Of a stretch of 64,000 nucleotides of DNA, positions 39,008-52,000 are shown one piece after another. Source of the stretch: Ruditapes philippinarum. Its lineage: Eukaryota. Numbering within the stretch: position 1 is the stretch's first letter; each line of letters starts with the position of its first letter. Under the pieces are notes generated by a model, which did no database searches, was not told the origin of the DNA, and saw nothing but the letters and a program-made list of their open reading frames with translations. The position numbers and the translations under genes were made by a program. Where the stretch lies: positions 62,001 to 126,000 of the forward strand of contig NW_026861320.1 of NCBI RefSeq assembly GCF_026571515.1, given 5' to 3'.

Positions 39008-42000
39008 TCATGGATCGGCCTCCGCATATATAACACGCGAAGGTTTTGTTTTATTTGGTCTCCAGTTTGATATTTCAGGTAAAACTGAAGCTGCATTTTC
39101 TACAGATGCTAACAAAAACTCGTCTAACGTTCTTTCGGTGCTCTCTGCTATAAATCTAATAAATGCTCTCAGATCACCTAGGTTTCCCTCATTTAAAGTT
39201 TCATAATATCGTGCTCTATCTTCCACTTTAATAGTTACAGGCGGAAATCCTGCCTGCATTAGAATTAAATTCATTAACAATCTAGAAGTTCTACCGTTTC
39301 CATCGTAAAACGGATGGATATAAACTAATTTATAATGAGCTAAAGCTGCATACTCAACAGGATGTAAACTTAAAGCTTCTTCTGTATTTAACCAATTGAT
39401 AAAATCTTCCATTAAAGCCGGCACGTCTTCCGGAGGTGCGGGAACAAAATCCGCAACAAAAACTTGTGTTTGTCTTAATCGCCCACCTTCAAGTGGGTCA
39501 ACAAAACCTAAAACGCGTTTATGTATTTGTAATATATCCTCTAAAGTTATAGATCCAATGCGACCTAATAAGGTATTATTCACGTAACTTAGCGCAGCAT
39601 CTAACCCAAGCACTTCCTGTTGTTCAACGAGAGATTTACCTCCAATTGCAATACCTGTTTCAACAATTGAACGTGTCTGTGCCAAAGTTAAAGTGTTTCC
39701 TTCTATTGCATTGGTGTGAAATATATGCTGATAATATGCTTCGCGTTTCTGTCTCCGTAAACCAGGATGATTATTCGGAACTTTGTACAATAAGCTCAAT
39801 TTCTTATCTATTGCATTATACATCCTTTGATCAATTTCTTCTACTAAAGGCAGCACTCTCTTTCTATTCTCCAATGCTTTTGAATGTTCCGGATTAAGTA
39901 ACAAAGCTTTACTATACAATTGTTCAGCTTTTGCTACGTCATTCTCGTGATGTTCGAGAAATTCACCAAAAGCAGTTAGAATATCAGCATGAGAGGGGTC
40001 AAGGTTCAACGCATGCTGAAATAGTTTCAAAGCCTTGTCATGTTTTCCTTGAGCTTCCATATCCATGGCAATGTTCATGGCTGTCACAGCTTCCTGTTTT
40101 ACCTCTGTAAATATAAAACGGAATGAGCCATTTAAATTCCTTAGTATCAAAGTGAAACAAGAAATTATACCTTAAACAGCATGCCCACTCAATTTTAAAT
40201 GTAGGGGTACATGTACCCCCTGTCATTGAAAATTGGGGGTACATTTCAAAATCTGGGGGTACACATAAGTTTAAACATGTTTTTGTTTGTAAGAACATTT
40301 TATATAAATGTAGTATAATATAGTATAATTATTGTTTTGTTTTGTTAATATTTTTCATGAAATTATTTCATTTTAATGCATCAACACATGGAAATCGTTT
40401 TTTGTTTGTTTGTTTTTTGTTTTTTTTTCACTTTTATACCAAATCAAATTTTATTCTGGTTAAATAAGTCCACTCTATAGACAAAAAGTTTACATTTGTA
40501 AAAAAAACGTGAATGTATATAGGCAGCGTTTAGCGGAATGAATAGGAAAATTGTGTACAGCTTCACACAGTGTGTTAAGAGATTCATCCGATCGACAATT
40601 ATTTTAGCAAATATCTTCAAAATGGGAGCAAATTGAAGATCGATATTTAAAGATTTAATGCTGATTTAATAATAAAGGAACAATTCATTCTCATGTTTGG
40701 CTTGGAAACTAAGAATTTTTGCGAAATTTTAGGGTTTCTGAAATTCCAGCGAACGTGAAATCGCCGATGTTCGGGATCAATTTTCGGATCAAAGAAAAGC
40801 GTACGTGTATTTTGGTCAGTTGTCCTGGCATTTCGGCACAATATGTTAAATTATTAAAACTCTAATAGAACGTTTTTGCAAGAATGAAACGAAAGCAAAA
40901 TTTTGCTAACAAAGTGCCGAAAATTTCGAGAATAATTCAAAATTACACTCATTTGTAATTTGAGAAAACAGTCTTGCGGCGTAAACAGTCGATATTCTTA
41001 TCCTTTTGTCGGTAAAATTTGCTAATTTCCAATCAACTGTTGATCAAAGATGTTAAATTATCACCTCGTGTTATATCTGGTATTTACATGTACAACATGT
41101 GTATACATTAGTCTGATCTCTATTGCGTGATAATGATTGAAAGTGTTATCGCTGATTGGCTAATCGCTTCACGGGTCGATGTGCATAGGACCGCCTACCT
41201 ATAGACTGACGGGCGCTGACGTATTTGTGTATTTGTGGTCGTTTGATGCGTCCCCAGGCAAAATTAAGCGTACATAGGCTATTCCAAACATTCATTCTGA
41301 CGATTTTACTTTGCGTGCATGTACCCCCTGCTTATAATTTTTATGCGTGCATCTAGAATTTTGTGCGTGAACTACGCACTGTAGTGCGTGAATGGGCATG
41401 CTGCCTTAAAGGAACTCCATTGAGGTTTATAAGGCTAAAAACATAAAATTTCAATTTTTTCAAATAGATCGACACACGCACTTTAAAATTGAAATATAAA
41501 TATATTCAAACTAAGAAATATACAATAAAAAATGAGAAATAATTTCTTAAACAGACCCTTTTTTCTTTTATATAGTATTAAATGCAGTTAATATTGGTAA
41601 GTGGTGGCATTCCATAAATGCTTCTGAACCCATTTGAATAACTAAACTAGAACTCCGCGAGTCCGATGTGTCGCCTTGTGAACAATATAGTTTAGGAAAA
41701 ATGGCCAGGACAAAAATGAAATATATATCATGAAAATTAACAAAGGACAATATCTCAAAAAATAAAAAAATGCAGAGCAGCAGTTCTTGTGCACTGCACT
41801 TACAAATATTTAGCTCTATCATCCTATGAATTTTCAAGTTAATAGCTTTTATAATTTATGAGAAATGGCATGGACAAAAATAAAGTATGAAAATTAATTA
41901 ACCCTTTCGCTGCCAGAGGGTTATTGTTTTATTGATCACCTATTTGCCAGAGGGTTTTCTAAGAAATTACTATATAATTAATTAATATAATTATTATTAT

Positions 42001-42875
42001 TTGTTATTAGTATTATAATAATTATATATCTTTCAAAATCTGTTAGTATAATAATAATTATTGTCGATGGTATAATTTTCTTTATATCTATTATTATTTT
42101 TATGATTATTATTATTAATTTATTATTATTACTATTATTATTATAGAAACGGCTAAAGCCGTCCATATGGCAAATACGCCGAAAATAACAGGGACGGCTT
42201 AAGCCGTACCTTATAATGGCAGTGAAAGGGTTAAAGGGTAAAAAAACTCAAAAATAAGAATAAATAAATTAAAATTGTATTTTGGTGTTGGTAGACCATA
42301 CTCTGGAGCCTGTTACGAGCCTAATATTGATTTGGCGTGAACGGTTTGGCCCATTTTACAGACTTTTTTTTCTTACTGTCAAACGGTTGGAAAAAGACAG
42401 CGCCTATCCCAAATTATCTCAGTGTCTCTTTGACATGTCTAATAAGTTAAACTACACTGTTACATGTATTTAAGCTGAGGTCTGACTAAATTATGTCGGG
42501 TAAACAATATATTATGGACTAAATGGATTGGGATTTTTCTAACCCTGTAAAAGTGAACAAAGCAGACTGAATGCTAATAAAAATGAAACCTGAATTCTGT
42601 GGCATTGTTTGTTGTCTCGTTCGTTTAACGACAGATGTTCCCGTAGTTGTCAAAACTTTTGATGACGTAATCTGGTTATTTCCATCAAAAACAGAAACTA
42701 GGATCGCCGGCATGTATCGATATGTCATAAAATATGCTACTGTCAGTCCTGACAACATGAAAATCAATTGGAAAGACAATATAGACATTTTGCTCTCTGA
42801 TACTTTTTTTAGAACAGGCCCCATTGGACCAAGAGACGAACTGACAGGTGGAACTTTCTTCCTACAAGTTATCAT
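39008..42875 (-). CDS. FICD: Protein adenylyltransferase FICD/HYPE, join(42875-42590, 40104-39008), about 460 aa
   Basis: Exon 1 encodes a hydrophobic TM segment (ILSFQLIFMLSGLTVAYFM). The phase-1 junction TCAG|gt...cag|AG gives NSE-VKQEA. Exon 2 has two TPRs, the autoinhibitory TNAIEGN and the Fic motif HPFYDGNGRTSR. Confidence 0.95.
40177..41403. mobile_element. Non-autonomous TIR DNA transposon in the FICD intron
   Basis: TIR CAGCATGCCCACTCA / TGAATGGGCATGCTG; direct repeat CCTTAAA (7 bp) on both sides. Confidence 0.8.
41902..42230. mobile_element. piggyBac-type MITE
   Basis: TTAA|CCCTTTCGCTGCCA...TGGCAGTGAAAGGG|TTAA; inserted in an older repeat. Confidence 0.82.
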
Positions 42876-43051
42876 GTTGTCAAAACTGTAAGGTCAAGGT
42901 TGCGTTAGCCGGAAGCTCATTTGGCAACGTGTGATTGGTCAATTAATCCCGGAAATGCCTCGTTTTGAAATCAAAGATGTCTGCGCCCATGGCCAAAACA
43001 TGTCGTTTTAAACTATTTTAAGATTTACGTCTTTACATACGTCAAATAAAC
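42876..43051. promoter_or_regulatory. Bidirectional promoter/5'UTR shared by FICD and DDX51
   Basis: Divergent ATGs at 42875 and 43052. Contains ETS-type CCGGAAG (~42909) and CCGGAAA (~42949) and an inverted CCAAT (GATTGG, ~42933). Confidence 0.75.
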
Positions 43052-46000
43052 ATGTCACTATTTGCTGTTGAAAGGTAATCATAGGGGTTAACTGGAGCGA
43101 GTAATTAACCATTGTTTTTTTATGATACTCTAGATAAAACTGTCGAAAGTCCCAAATGGGCAGCACGAAATAACCAAATCTTCCTAATTCTCCCAAATAT
43201 TGTCCAAATATTGCCCAAATATACCCTAATATTGCTCAAATGTACTAAAAAAAATGTTTAACACTAAAAAAGTGCTGTTATTATTATGAATTATAATATA
43301 CACTTTCACTATGATCAAGGGACTGGTTCCCGGATTCCCTTGTATCATCTCATAGCTGTCTCTTTAAAAAGTATCCAATTATGTATACCTGCTTAGAGTG
43401 ATCGTAAATGATTTTAAAGCAGTATGATGTAGAACTAGAACTATGATTAATCAAACATACCCAAATATACATTTTCCTATCATCGTGTTTTGAACCAAAA
43501 TATGCAGGGGAAAAGTCTATGCATCTGTTTTCAATCAGAATTTCTCGGATTTTATCGTTGTCTTATAAGTTGAAAAAGTTGCCTCTGGCCATTATCGGAA
43601 TACACCGCCGTTTATTATTGTGTTACAGCGCCAAACAAGAAATGGTACTGAAAATTTCGCTGATAGGTATAGATTTGTATATGTTCTTTTTCTTTTTAAA
43701 TATACACATGTAGTCTAGCCGGGCAAGCCATTAAGCTGTATAATCATATCTTTATTTTAATTTGCAAGTAATGAACCTTGATAAGCGAATGTCACAAATT
43801 TATTTTCTTACAACATCGGAACTGCCCATTTTACAGAATGAATGAAAGTTATAGCTGACTAAGTCATATTATTTTAATATGAAATTAGGCAAAGCCTATG
43901 AACGGGGAAGTCGTTAAAAAAAAAATTCCCAATTTTTTTTTTCCATTTTAAAGGTGTCATTCGGTATTTCATGCACCGCTTCCGTTTTCACTTGGAACAC
44001 TCGACAATTATTATGTATCCGAAAAGTTGAGATTTGTTCCGTTATCCGAATTCCCTGCCTATTAAATTATCATTGAGTTACATTGTAAATGGCAGCGCCA
44101 GACTAGAATTGACACTGAAAAATTCATTCATGATAGGTATAGAATTCTATATATTTTTTAATTGTTTTTTATTTGATTTTCTTTTAGATATACATGTGTA
44201 GTCTATAGCCAGGCAAGCCAAAGCCCGGGCCCACAAATTCTTTGACTTCCCTGTATTAATATTGATTCATTCTCACATTATAATCTGTATTATATACAAA
44301 CAAAAATGAGTATTGTTATATTTGGGTATTTTGTGCTGCCGGTCCAAAATATTTTAGGGTATTTGTGCATCATTGATCAGACACTTCACCCCAAGCCATT
44401 TTTTGAAGACACAGCACCCATCATAAAAGGCAAAGCCTCAAAGCACGCTTGATTTACCTATACCATGAGATAGCATATAATAATTGTTCATTTTTATTTG
44501 ACATTTTCCGTTTTAAAAGTGTCATTCGGTATTTTATGCACAGATTTCATTTATTCTGGTTCCCTGTGACCTGTCCTATTATTGTTCCAATAAAAGTAAG
44601 CAGAACACCAGTCTACACATCCATTTTCAATCAGAATTCCTTGGCTTGTATATTTATTTTATAATTCGAAAAGTTGCCATGTGTCAATTCAGTACTTCTG
44701 ACAAAGTTTTCAGAACCATCACTATCTATACCAAATTACAGTCAACTCGGCCCCAAGTTAACCCGGCCTCAAGTCAATCCGGCCCCAAAATTGGTCAATT
44801 CAGCCCCACATTTTTATTTGTGGCAAATAACTAATAATAAAAATAGGACCGGGTTGACCAGATATCAGATTGAATTGGGGCCGGATTGACTAATGTAGGG
44901 CCGGATTCACTTGAGACCGGGTTGACTTGTACCGTCTATACCTAACAGCGAATTTTTCACTATCATTTCTTGGCACCGTAACTCAATGATAAAAGGCTGG
45001 GTATTTCAACAATAAACCAAACTTTTCTTATCTCCCCTTGAACTTAGAATTTTCCTTAAAAAATACTATTTTTTACTGTTACTTCTTTATTATGCCCCCA
45101 TTTCGAAGAAAAGGGGGTATATTGCTTTGCACTTGTCGGTATGTCGGTCCGTCGGTCCGTAGACCAAATGGTTTCCGAGTGATAACTAAAGAACCCTTAG
45201 GCCTAGGAACTTCAAACTTGGTATGGTGATTGGTCATGACAAGTAGATGACCCCTATTGATTTTGGGGTCAAGGGGTCAAAGGTCAAGGTCACATTGACC
45301 TTGTAAGCAAAAACGGTTTCCGATCAATAACTAAAGAACCTTAAGGCCTAGGAACTTCAAACTTGGTATGGTGATTGGTCATGATCAGTAGATGACCCCT
45401 ATTGATTTTGGGGTCAAGGGGTCAAAGGTCAAGGTCACATTGACCTCTTGGGTAAAAACGGTTTCCGATCAATAACAAAAGAACCCTTAGGCCTAGGAAC
45501 TTCAAACTTGGTATGGTGATTGGTTATGACCAGCAGATGACCCCTATTGATTTTGGGGTTAAGGGGTCAAAGGTCAAGGTCACATTGACCTTGTAGGTAA
45601 AAACGGTTTCCGATCAATAACGAAAGAACCCTTAGGCCTAGGGACTTCAAACTTGATATGGTGATTGGTCATGATCAGTAGATGACCCCTATTGATTTTG
45701 GGGTTAAGGGGTCAAAGGTCAAGGTCACATTGACCTTGTAGGTAAAAACGGTTTCGGATCAATAATGAAAGAACCCTTAGGCCTAGGGACTTCAAACTTG
45801 ATATGGTGATTGGTCATGATCAGTAGATGACCCCTATTGATTTTGGGGTCAAGGGGTCAAAGGTCAAGGTCACATTGACCTCTTAGGTAAAAACAGTTTC
45901 CGATCAATAACGAAAGAACCCTTAGGCCTAGGAACTTCAAACTTGGTATGGTGATTGGTCATGATCAGTAGATGACCCCTATTGATTTTGGGGTCAAGGG

Positions 46001-49000
46001 GTCAAAGGTCAAGGTCACATTGACCTCTTAGGTAAAAGCAGTTTCCGATCAATAACTAAAGAACCCTTAGGCCTAGGAACTTCAAACTTGGTATGGTGAT
46101 TGGACATGACCAGCAGATGACCCCTACTGATTTTGGGGTTAAGGGGTCAAAGGGCAAGGTCACATTGACCTTGTAGGTAAAAATGCTTTCCGATCAATAA
46201 CTTAAGAACCCTTAGGCCTAGGAACTTCAAACTTGGTATGGTGATTGGTCATGACCAGCAGATGACCTATTGTTTTTAGGGTCAAGGTGTCAAAGGTCAT
46301 GTAACATTGACCTTGTAGGTAAAAACGGTTTCCGATCAATTAACTAAAAACTCTTAGGCCTAGGAACTTCAAACTTTGTATGATGATTGGTGGTGACCAG
46401 CAGATGACCCCTATTGAGTTTTGGGTCAAGGGGTCAAAGATCAAGGTCACATCGACCTTGTAAGTAAAAACGGTTTCTGATCAATAACTTAAGAAAGCTT
46501 ATGCCTAGGAACTTCAAACTTGGTATGGTGATTTTCCATGACCAGCAGATTACCCCTTTTGATTTTGGGATCAAGGGGTCAAAGGTCAAGGTCACATTGA
46601 CCTTGTAAGTAAAAACGGTTTCTGATCAATAACTAAAGAACGCTTCGGCCTAGGAACTTCAAACATGGCATAGTGATTGGTCATGATCAGCAGATGACCC
46701 CTATTGATTTTGGGGTCAAAGGTCAAGGTCACATTGACCTTGTATGTTAAAACGGTTTCGGATCAATAATAAAAGAACCCTTAGGCCTAGGAACTTCAAA
46801 CTTGGCATGGTGATTAGTCATGACCAGCAAATGACCCCTATTGATTTTGGGGTCAAGGGGTCAAAGGTCAAGGTCACATTGACCTTGTAAGTAAAAACGG
46901 TTTCTGATCAATTAACTAAAAACGCTTAGGCCTAGGAACTTCAAACTTTGTATGATGATTGGTGGTGACCAGCAGATGACCCCTATTGAGTTTTGGGTCA
47001 AGGGGTCAAAGGTCAAGGTCACATTGACCTCTTGGGTAAAAACGGTTTCCGATCAATAACAAAAGAACCCTTAGGCCTAGGAACTTCAAACTTGGTATGG
47101 TGATTGGTTATGACCAGCAGATGACCCCTATTGATTTTGGGGTTAAGTGGTCAAAGGTCAAGGTCACATTGACCTTGTAGGTAAAAACGGTTTCCGATCA
47201 ATAACGAAAGAACCCTTAGGCCTAGGGACTTCAAACTTGATATGGTGATTGGTCATGATCAGTAGATGACCCCTATTGATTTTGGGGTTAAGGGGTCAAA
47301 GGTCAAGGTCACATTGACCTTGTAGGTAAAAACGGTTTCGGATCAATAATGAAAGAACCCTTAGGCCTAGGGACTTCAAACTTGATATGGTGATTGGTCA
47401 TGATCAGTAGATGACCCCTATTGATTTTGGGGTCAAGGGGTCAAAGGTCAAGGTCACATTGACCTCTTAGGTAAAAACAGTTTCCGATCAATAACGAAAG
47501 AACCCTTAGGCCTAGGAACTTCAAACTTGGTATGGTGATTGGTCATGATCAGTAGATGACCCCTATTGATTTTGGGGTCAAGGGGTCAAAGGTCAAGGTC
47601 ACATTGACCTCTTAGGTAAAAGCAGTTTCCGATCAATAACTAAAGAACCCTTAGGCCTAGGAACTTTCAAACTTGGTATGGTGATTGGACATGACCAGCA
47701 GATGACCCCTACTGATTTTGGGGTTAAGGGGTCAAAGGGCAAGGTCACATTGACCTTGTAGGTAAAAATGCTTTCCGATCAATAACTTAAGAACCCTTCG
47801 GCCTAGGAACTTCAAACTTGGTATGGTGATTGGTCATGACCAGCAGATGACCTATTGTTTTTAGGGTCAAGGTGTCAAAGGTCATGTAACATTGACCTTG
47901 TAGGTAAAAATGGTTTCCGATCAATTAACTAAAAACGCTTAGGCCTAGGAACTTCAAACTTTGTATGATGATTGGTGGTGACCAGCAGATGACCCCTATT
48001 GAGTTTTGGGTCAAGGGGTCAAAGGTCAAGGTCACATCAACCTTGTAAGTAAAAACGGTTTCTGATCAATAACTTAAGAACGCTTATGCCTAGGAACTTC
48101 AAACTTGGTATGGTGATTTTCCATGACCAGCAGATTACCCCTTTTGATTTTGGGATCAAGGGGTCAAAGGTCAAGGTCACATTGACCTTGTAAGTAAAAA
48201 CGGTTTCTGATCAATAACTAAAGAACGCTTCGGCCTAGGAACTTCAAACATGGCATAGTGATTGGTCATGATCAGCAGATGACCCCTATTGATTTTGGGG
48301 TCAAAGGTCAAGGTCACATTGACCTTGTATGTTAAAACGGTTTCGGATCAATAATAAAAGAACCCTTAGGCCTAGGAACTTCAAACTTGGCATGGTGATT
48401 AGTCATGACCAGCAAATGACCCCTATTGATTTTGGGGTCAAGGGATGAAAGGTCAAGGTCACATTGACCTTGTAAGTAAAAACGGTTTCTGATCAATTAA
48501 CTAAAAACGCTTAGGCCTAGGAACTTCAAACTTTGTATGATGATTGGTCTTGACCAGCAGATGACCCCTATTGAGTTTTGGGTCAAGGGGTCAAAGGTCA
48601 AGGTCATGACCAGTAGATACTTGATAACCCTAATTAATTGTTTGATCACTGGGTCAGAAGTCATGCATAGTTACCTTATCACATGAATAATTGGCTGCTG
48701 ATTGGGGGCATACATGTTTTACAAACATATCTTGTTTCTTAAGGGATCAACCTCATACTTCAAATATATGTACCTTATCATCATCCCCATCTTATGTGAC
48801 AAGGTTCATAACTCTAGCCCCAGTATTTTCAGATTTATCTCCTCTTTAACTTAGAATTTTCCTTAAAAATATTATTTTTTACTGTTACTTTTTAGCTCAC
48901 CTGTCACAAAGTGACAGGGTGAGCTTTTGTGATCGCTTTTCGTCCGGCGTCCGTCCGTCCGGCGTCCGTCAGTAAACTTTTACTTTAAATGACATCTCCT

Positions 49001-52000
49001 CATAAACCACTAAGCCAATTTCATCCAAACTTCACAGGAATGTTCCTTTGGTGGTCACCTTTAAAAATTGTTCAAAGAATTTAATTCCATGCAGAACTCT
49101 GGTTGCCATGGCAACCGAAAGAAAATAGCTTAGCTATTTGGCATGAAACATCTTCTAGTGAGTGTCTACCAAGTTTGTTCAAATAAAAGCCCTGGGGTCA
49201 AAATTGGCCCCGCCCCGGGGGGTCATTGATTTTCCCTATATGCATATAGTAAAAACTTAAAAAATCTTCTTTTAAAGAACCAAAAGAGCTAGAGCTTAGA
49301 TATTTAGCATGAAACATGTTCTAATGGGTGTCTACCAAGTTTGTTCAAATAAAAGCCCTGGGGTCAAAATTGGCCCCACCCCGGGGGTTCATTGATTTTC
49401 CCTATATGCATATAGTAAAAACTTTAAAAAATCTTCTTTTAAAAAACCCAAAGAGCTATGGCTAAGATATTGAGCATCAAACATCCATTAATAGGTGTCT
49501 ACCAAGTTTGTTCAACTAAAAAGCCATGGGGTTCAAAATTGGCCCCGCCCCAGGAGGTCATTGATTTTCCCTATATGCATATAGCATGAAACAAAAACTT
49601 CAAATAAAATCTTCTTTATGCAAAGAATCTTCAAAGAGCTAGAGCTAAGATATTTAGCATGAAACATCTTCTAATGAGTGTCTACCAATTTTGTTCAAAT
49701 AAAAGCCCTGGGGTCAAAATTGGCCTGCCCCAGGGGGTGCATTGATTTTCCCTATATGCATATAGTAAAAACTTTAAAAAATCTTCTTTTAAAGAACTCA
49801 AAGTGTTTGAGCTAAGATATTTAGCATGAAACATGTTCTACTGGTGTCTACAAAGTCTGTTCAAATAAAAGCCCTGGGGTCAAAATTGGCCCCGCCCGGG
49901 GGGTCATTGGTTTTCCTGATATGTGTATAACAAAAACTTAAAACTCTTCGGTGAAAAAACCCAAATAGCTAGAGTTTAGATATTAAGCATGAAAACATCT
50001 TCTAGTAAGTGTCTACAAAGTTTGTTCAAATAAAAGCCCGGGGGTCAAAACTAGCCCTGCCCCAGGGGATGTCATTGTTTTTAACTATATTTGTATAGTA
50101 AAAAACTTAAAAATCTTCTTTGAAAAAACCCAATGAGCTAGAGCTTAGATGTTTAGCATGAAACATCTTCTTATGGGTGTCTACCAAGTTTGTTCAAATA
50201 AAATCCCTCAGGTTAAAATTGGCCCTGCCAGGGGGAGGGGGAGGCCAATATACAGATGAGCGACCTCAGGGCCATCATGGCCCTCTTGTTTTATTTCTTA
50301 AGTGATCAACTTTATACAGATATATGTATCTTATCATTAACAACATGTTATGTGACAAGGTTTTTAACTCTACCACCAATATTGCAAGAATTATCTCCCC
50401 ATAAACTTAGATTTTTCACTAGAAAAATGTTATTTTTTTACAATAACATTTTAGTTTTAAGAGTATCTACCTCAAACTTCAATCATTTTTTACTGTTTAT
50501 GCTTTATTTTTTAAGGGATAAACTTTTTACTGTTACTTCTACAACTACAAGTACAACTTACCTGTAATAAAATGAACTCTTGAAATTTTAGTACATCATT
50601 TTTGGATCTTCATATAACTATCGTCAACAAATCTATTCACACAAAAATCACTGATAAAAGGATGACCTTGACCTTTATATAGTTAACAATCATGTCCCGA
50701 CTGTAACTTTGTCTTGCATTGAGGGATTTTGAAATAACTTGGCACAAATGTCTATCTCATGACAACATTGTGTTGGCTCCAGAACAACATCCCTTCTTCA
50801 AAGGTCAAGATCACACTTATATTTTGTAGGTTCATGCTATCACAATTAGAGGTTATAGGTACCCATATTCGTGTACGGACTATAACTTTGTCATGCATTG
50901 AAGAGTTTTAAGATAACTTGGCACAAATGTCTACCACATCAGGATGATTGTTTATACATATCATCAGTTATAATTGGTTGTATTTTTAGCCTGTAGATTA
51001 AAATATCCCACATGACCCCTGGGTTAATCTGTAGGCACATATCATATATGTTGCTTCAGATAAAAATGAAAACCCTGTAATACACATGTATGTGTATTGC
51101 CACTGATGTATTATTATATATGTATTTTGCAGCTGATGTTAACTTATTATGGTCAGTTCATTCTTTGTTTCCCACTGTCTAGAATCTACATATTAAAGCA
51201 GCACGCCTCCAGATTTATGCTTATTTTTATGAAAATTTTGAAATTGAAATTTAATGTATAATTATAATATATAGTAATCAAAAGCAAGCAATTTATACAA
51301 TTTCAATGTCACTTATAGCCCACGAAAAAAATATCCATACTGCATTAGTAACGAAGTAGATATATAGTTACACATTATGAAAAATTCACCATTGATTGCT
51401 CATAACATGTAAATTATAACTTGAATCTTGATTTTTTCTACTTTTCCAAAAATCTTAGTACATTTTTCACAAGTTTGATTTATTGAAATATTTTGGCTCA
51501 TCTAGATGCATGCTGCTTTAATACATTTATGTGAATTTAATTGATGGTATTTAGAGTTTGGTATTATAAAGTATTATGGATATTTTAGGTACCTTGGAGA
51601 TGAATCAGAAGAAGATGCTAATAAGAACCAAGCATCAGATATTCTAGAAAAGTTGCAAAAAGAGGCAAAAGCTAGGAGAAAGAGTCTAAAGAAAAAAAAT
51701 GACACAAACGATGTTAATAATGTTACTACAGTGACCATATCAGAAGAAAGTGAAAATGAACATGAGGAATTTCATGAACAGAAAAAACAAAAGAAGAAAA
51801 AGAAAGCTAAAGAAAAAGGAAAGGACAAAGAATTAGAAAATATCTTTAGAAATTCAACTTGAGGAGAATGATGACTTAAATATTGTGAAAAAGAAAAAGA
51901 AGAAGAAAAGGAAACATAGTGATATAGGTATTGCAAACGGTAGTGTTGGTACTGATGAAACAGAGTATGACACACCTTTGAAGAAAGGAAAACTTGGAGA

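Noticed and set aside
29849-40150. Bacterial CBASS / Fic toxin operon or horizontal transfer
   Set aside because: FICD has the metazoan TM-TPR-Fic layout and a spliceosomal intron. The NTases are animal Mab-21 type. I see no evidence that the adjacency is functional.
40105-40150. N-terminus MILRNLNGSFRFIFT of the 380-aa ORF
   Set aside because: Intronic; the acceptor is at 40105-40107 and the real N-terminus comes from 42875-42590.
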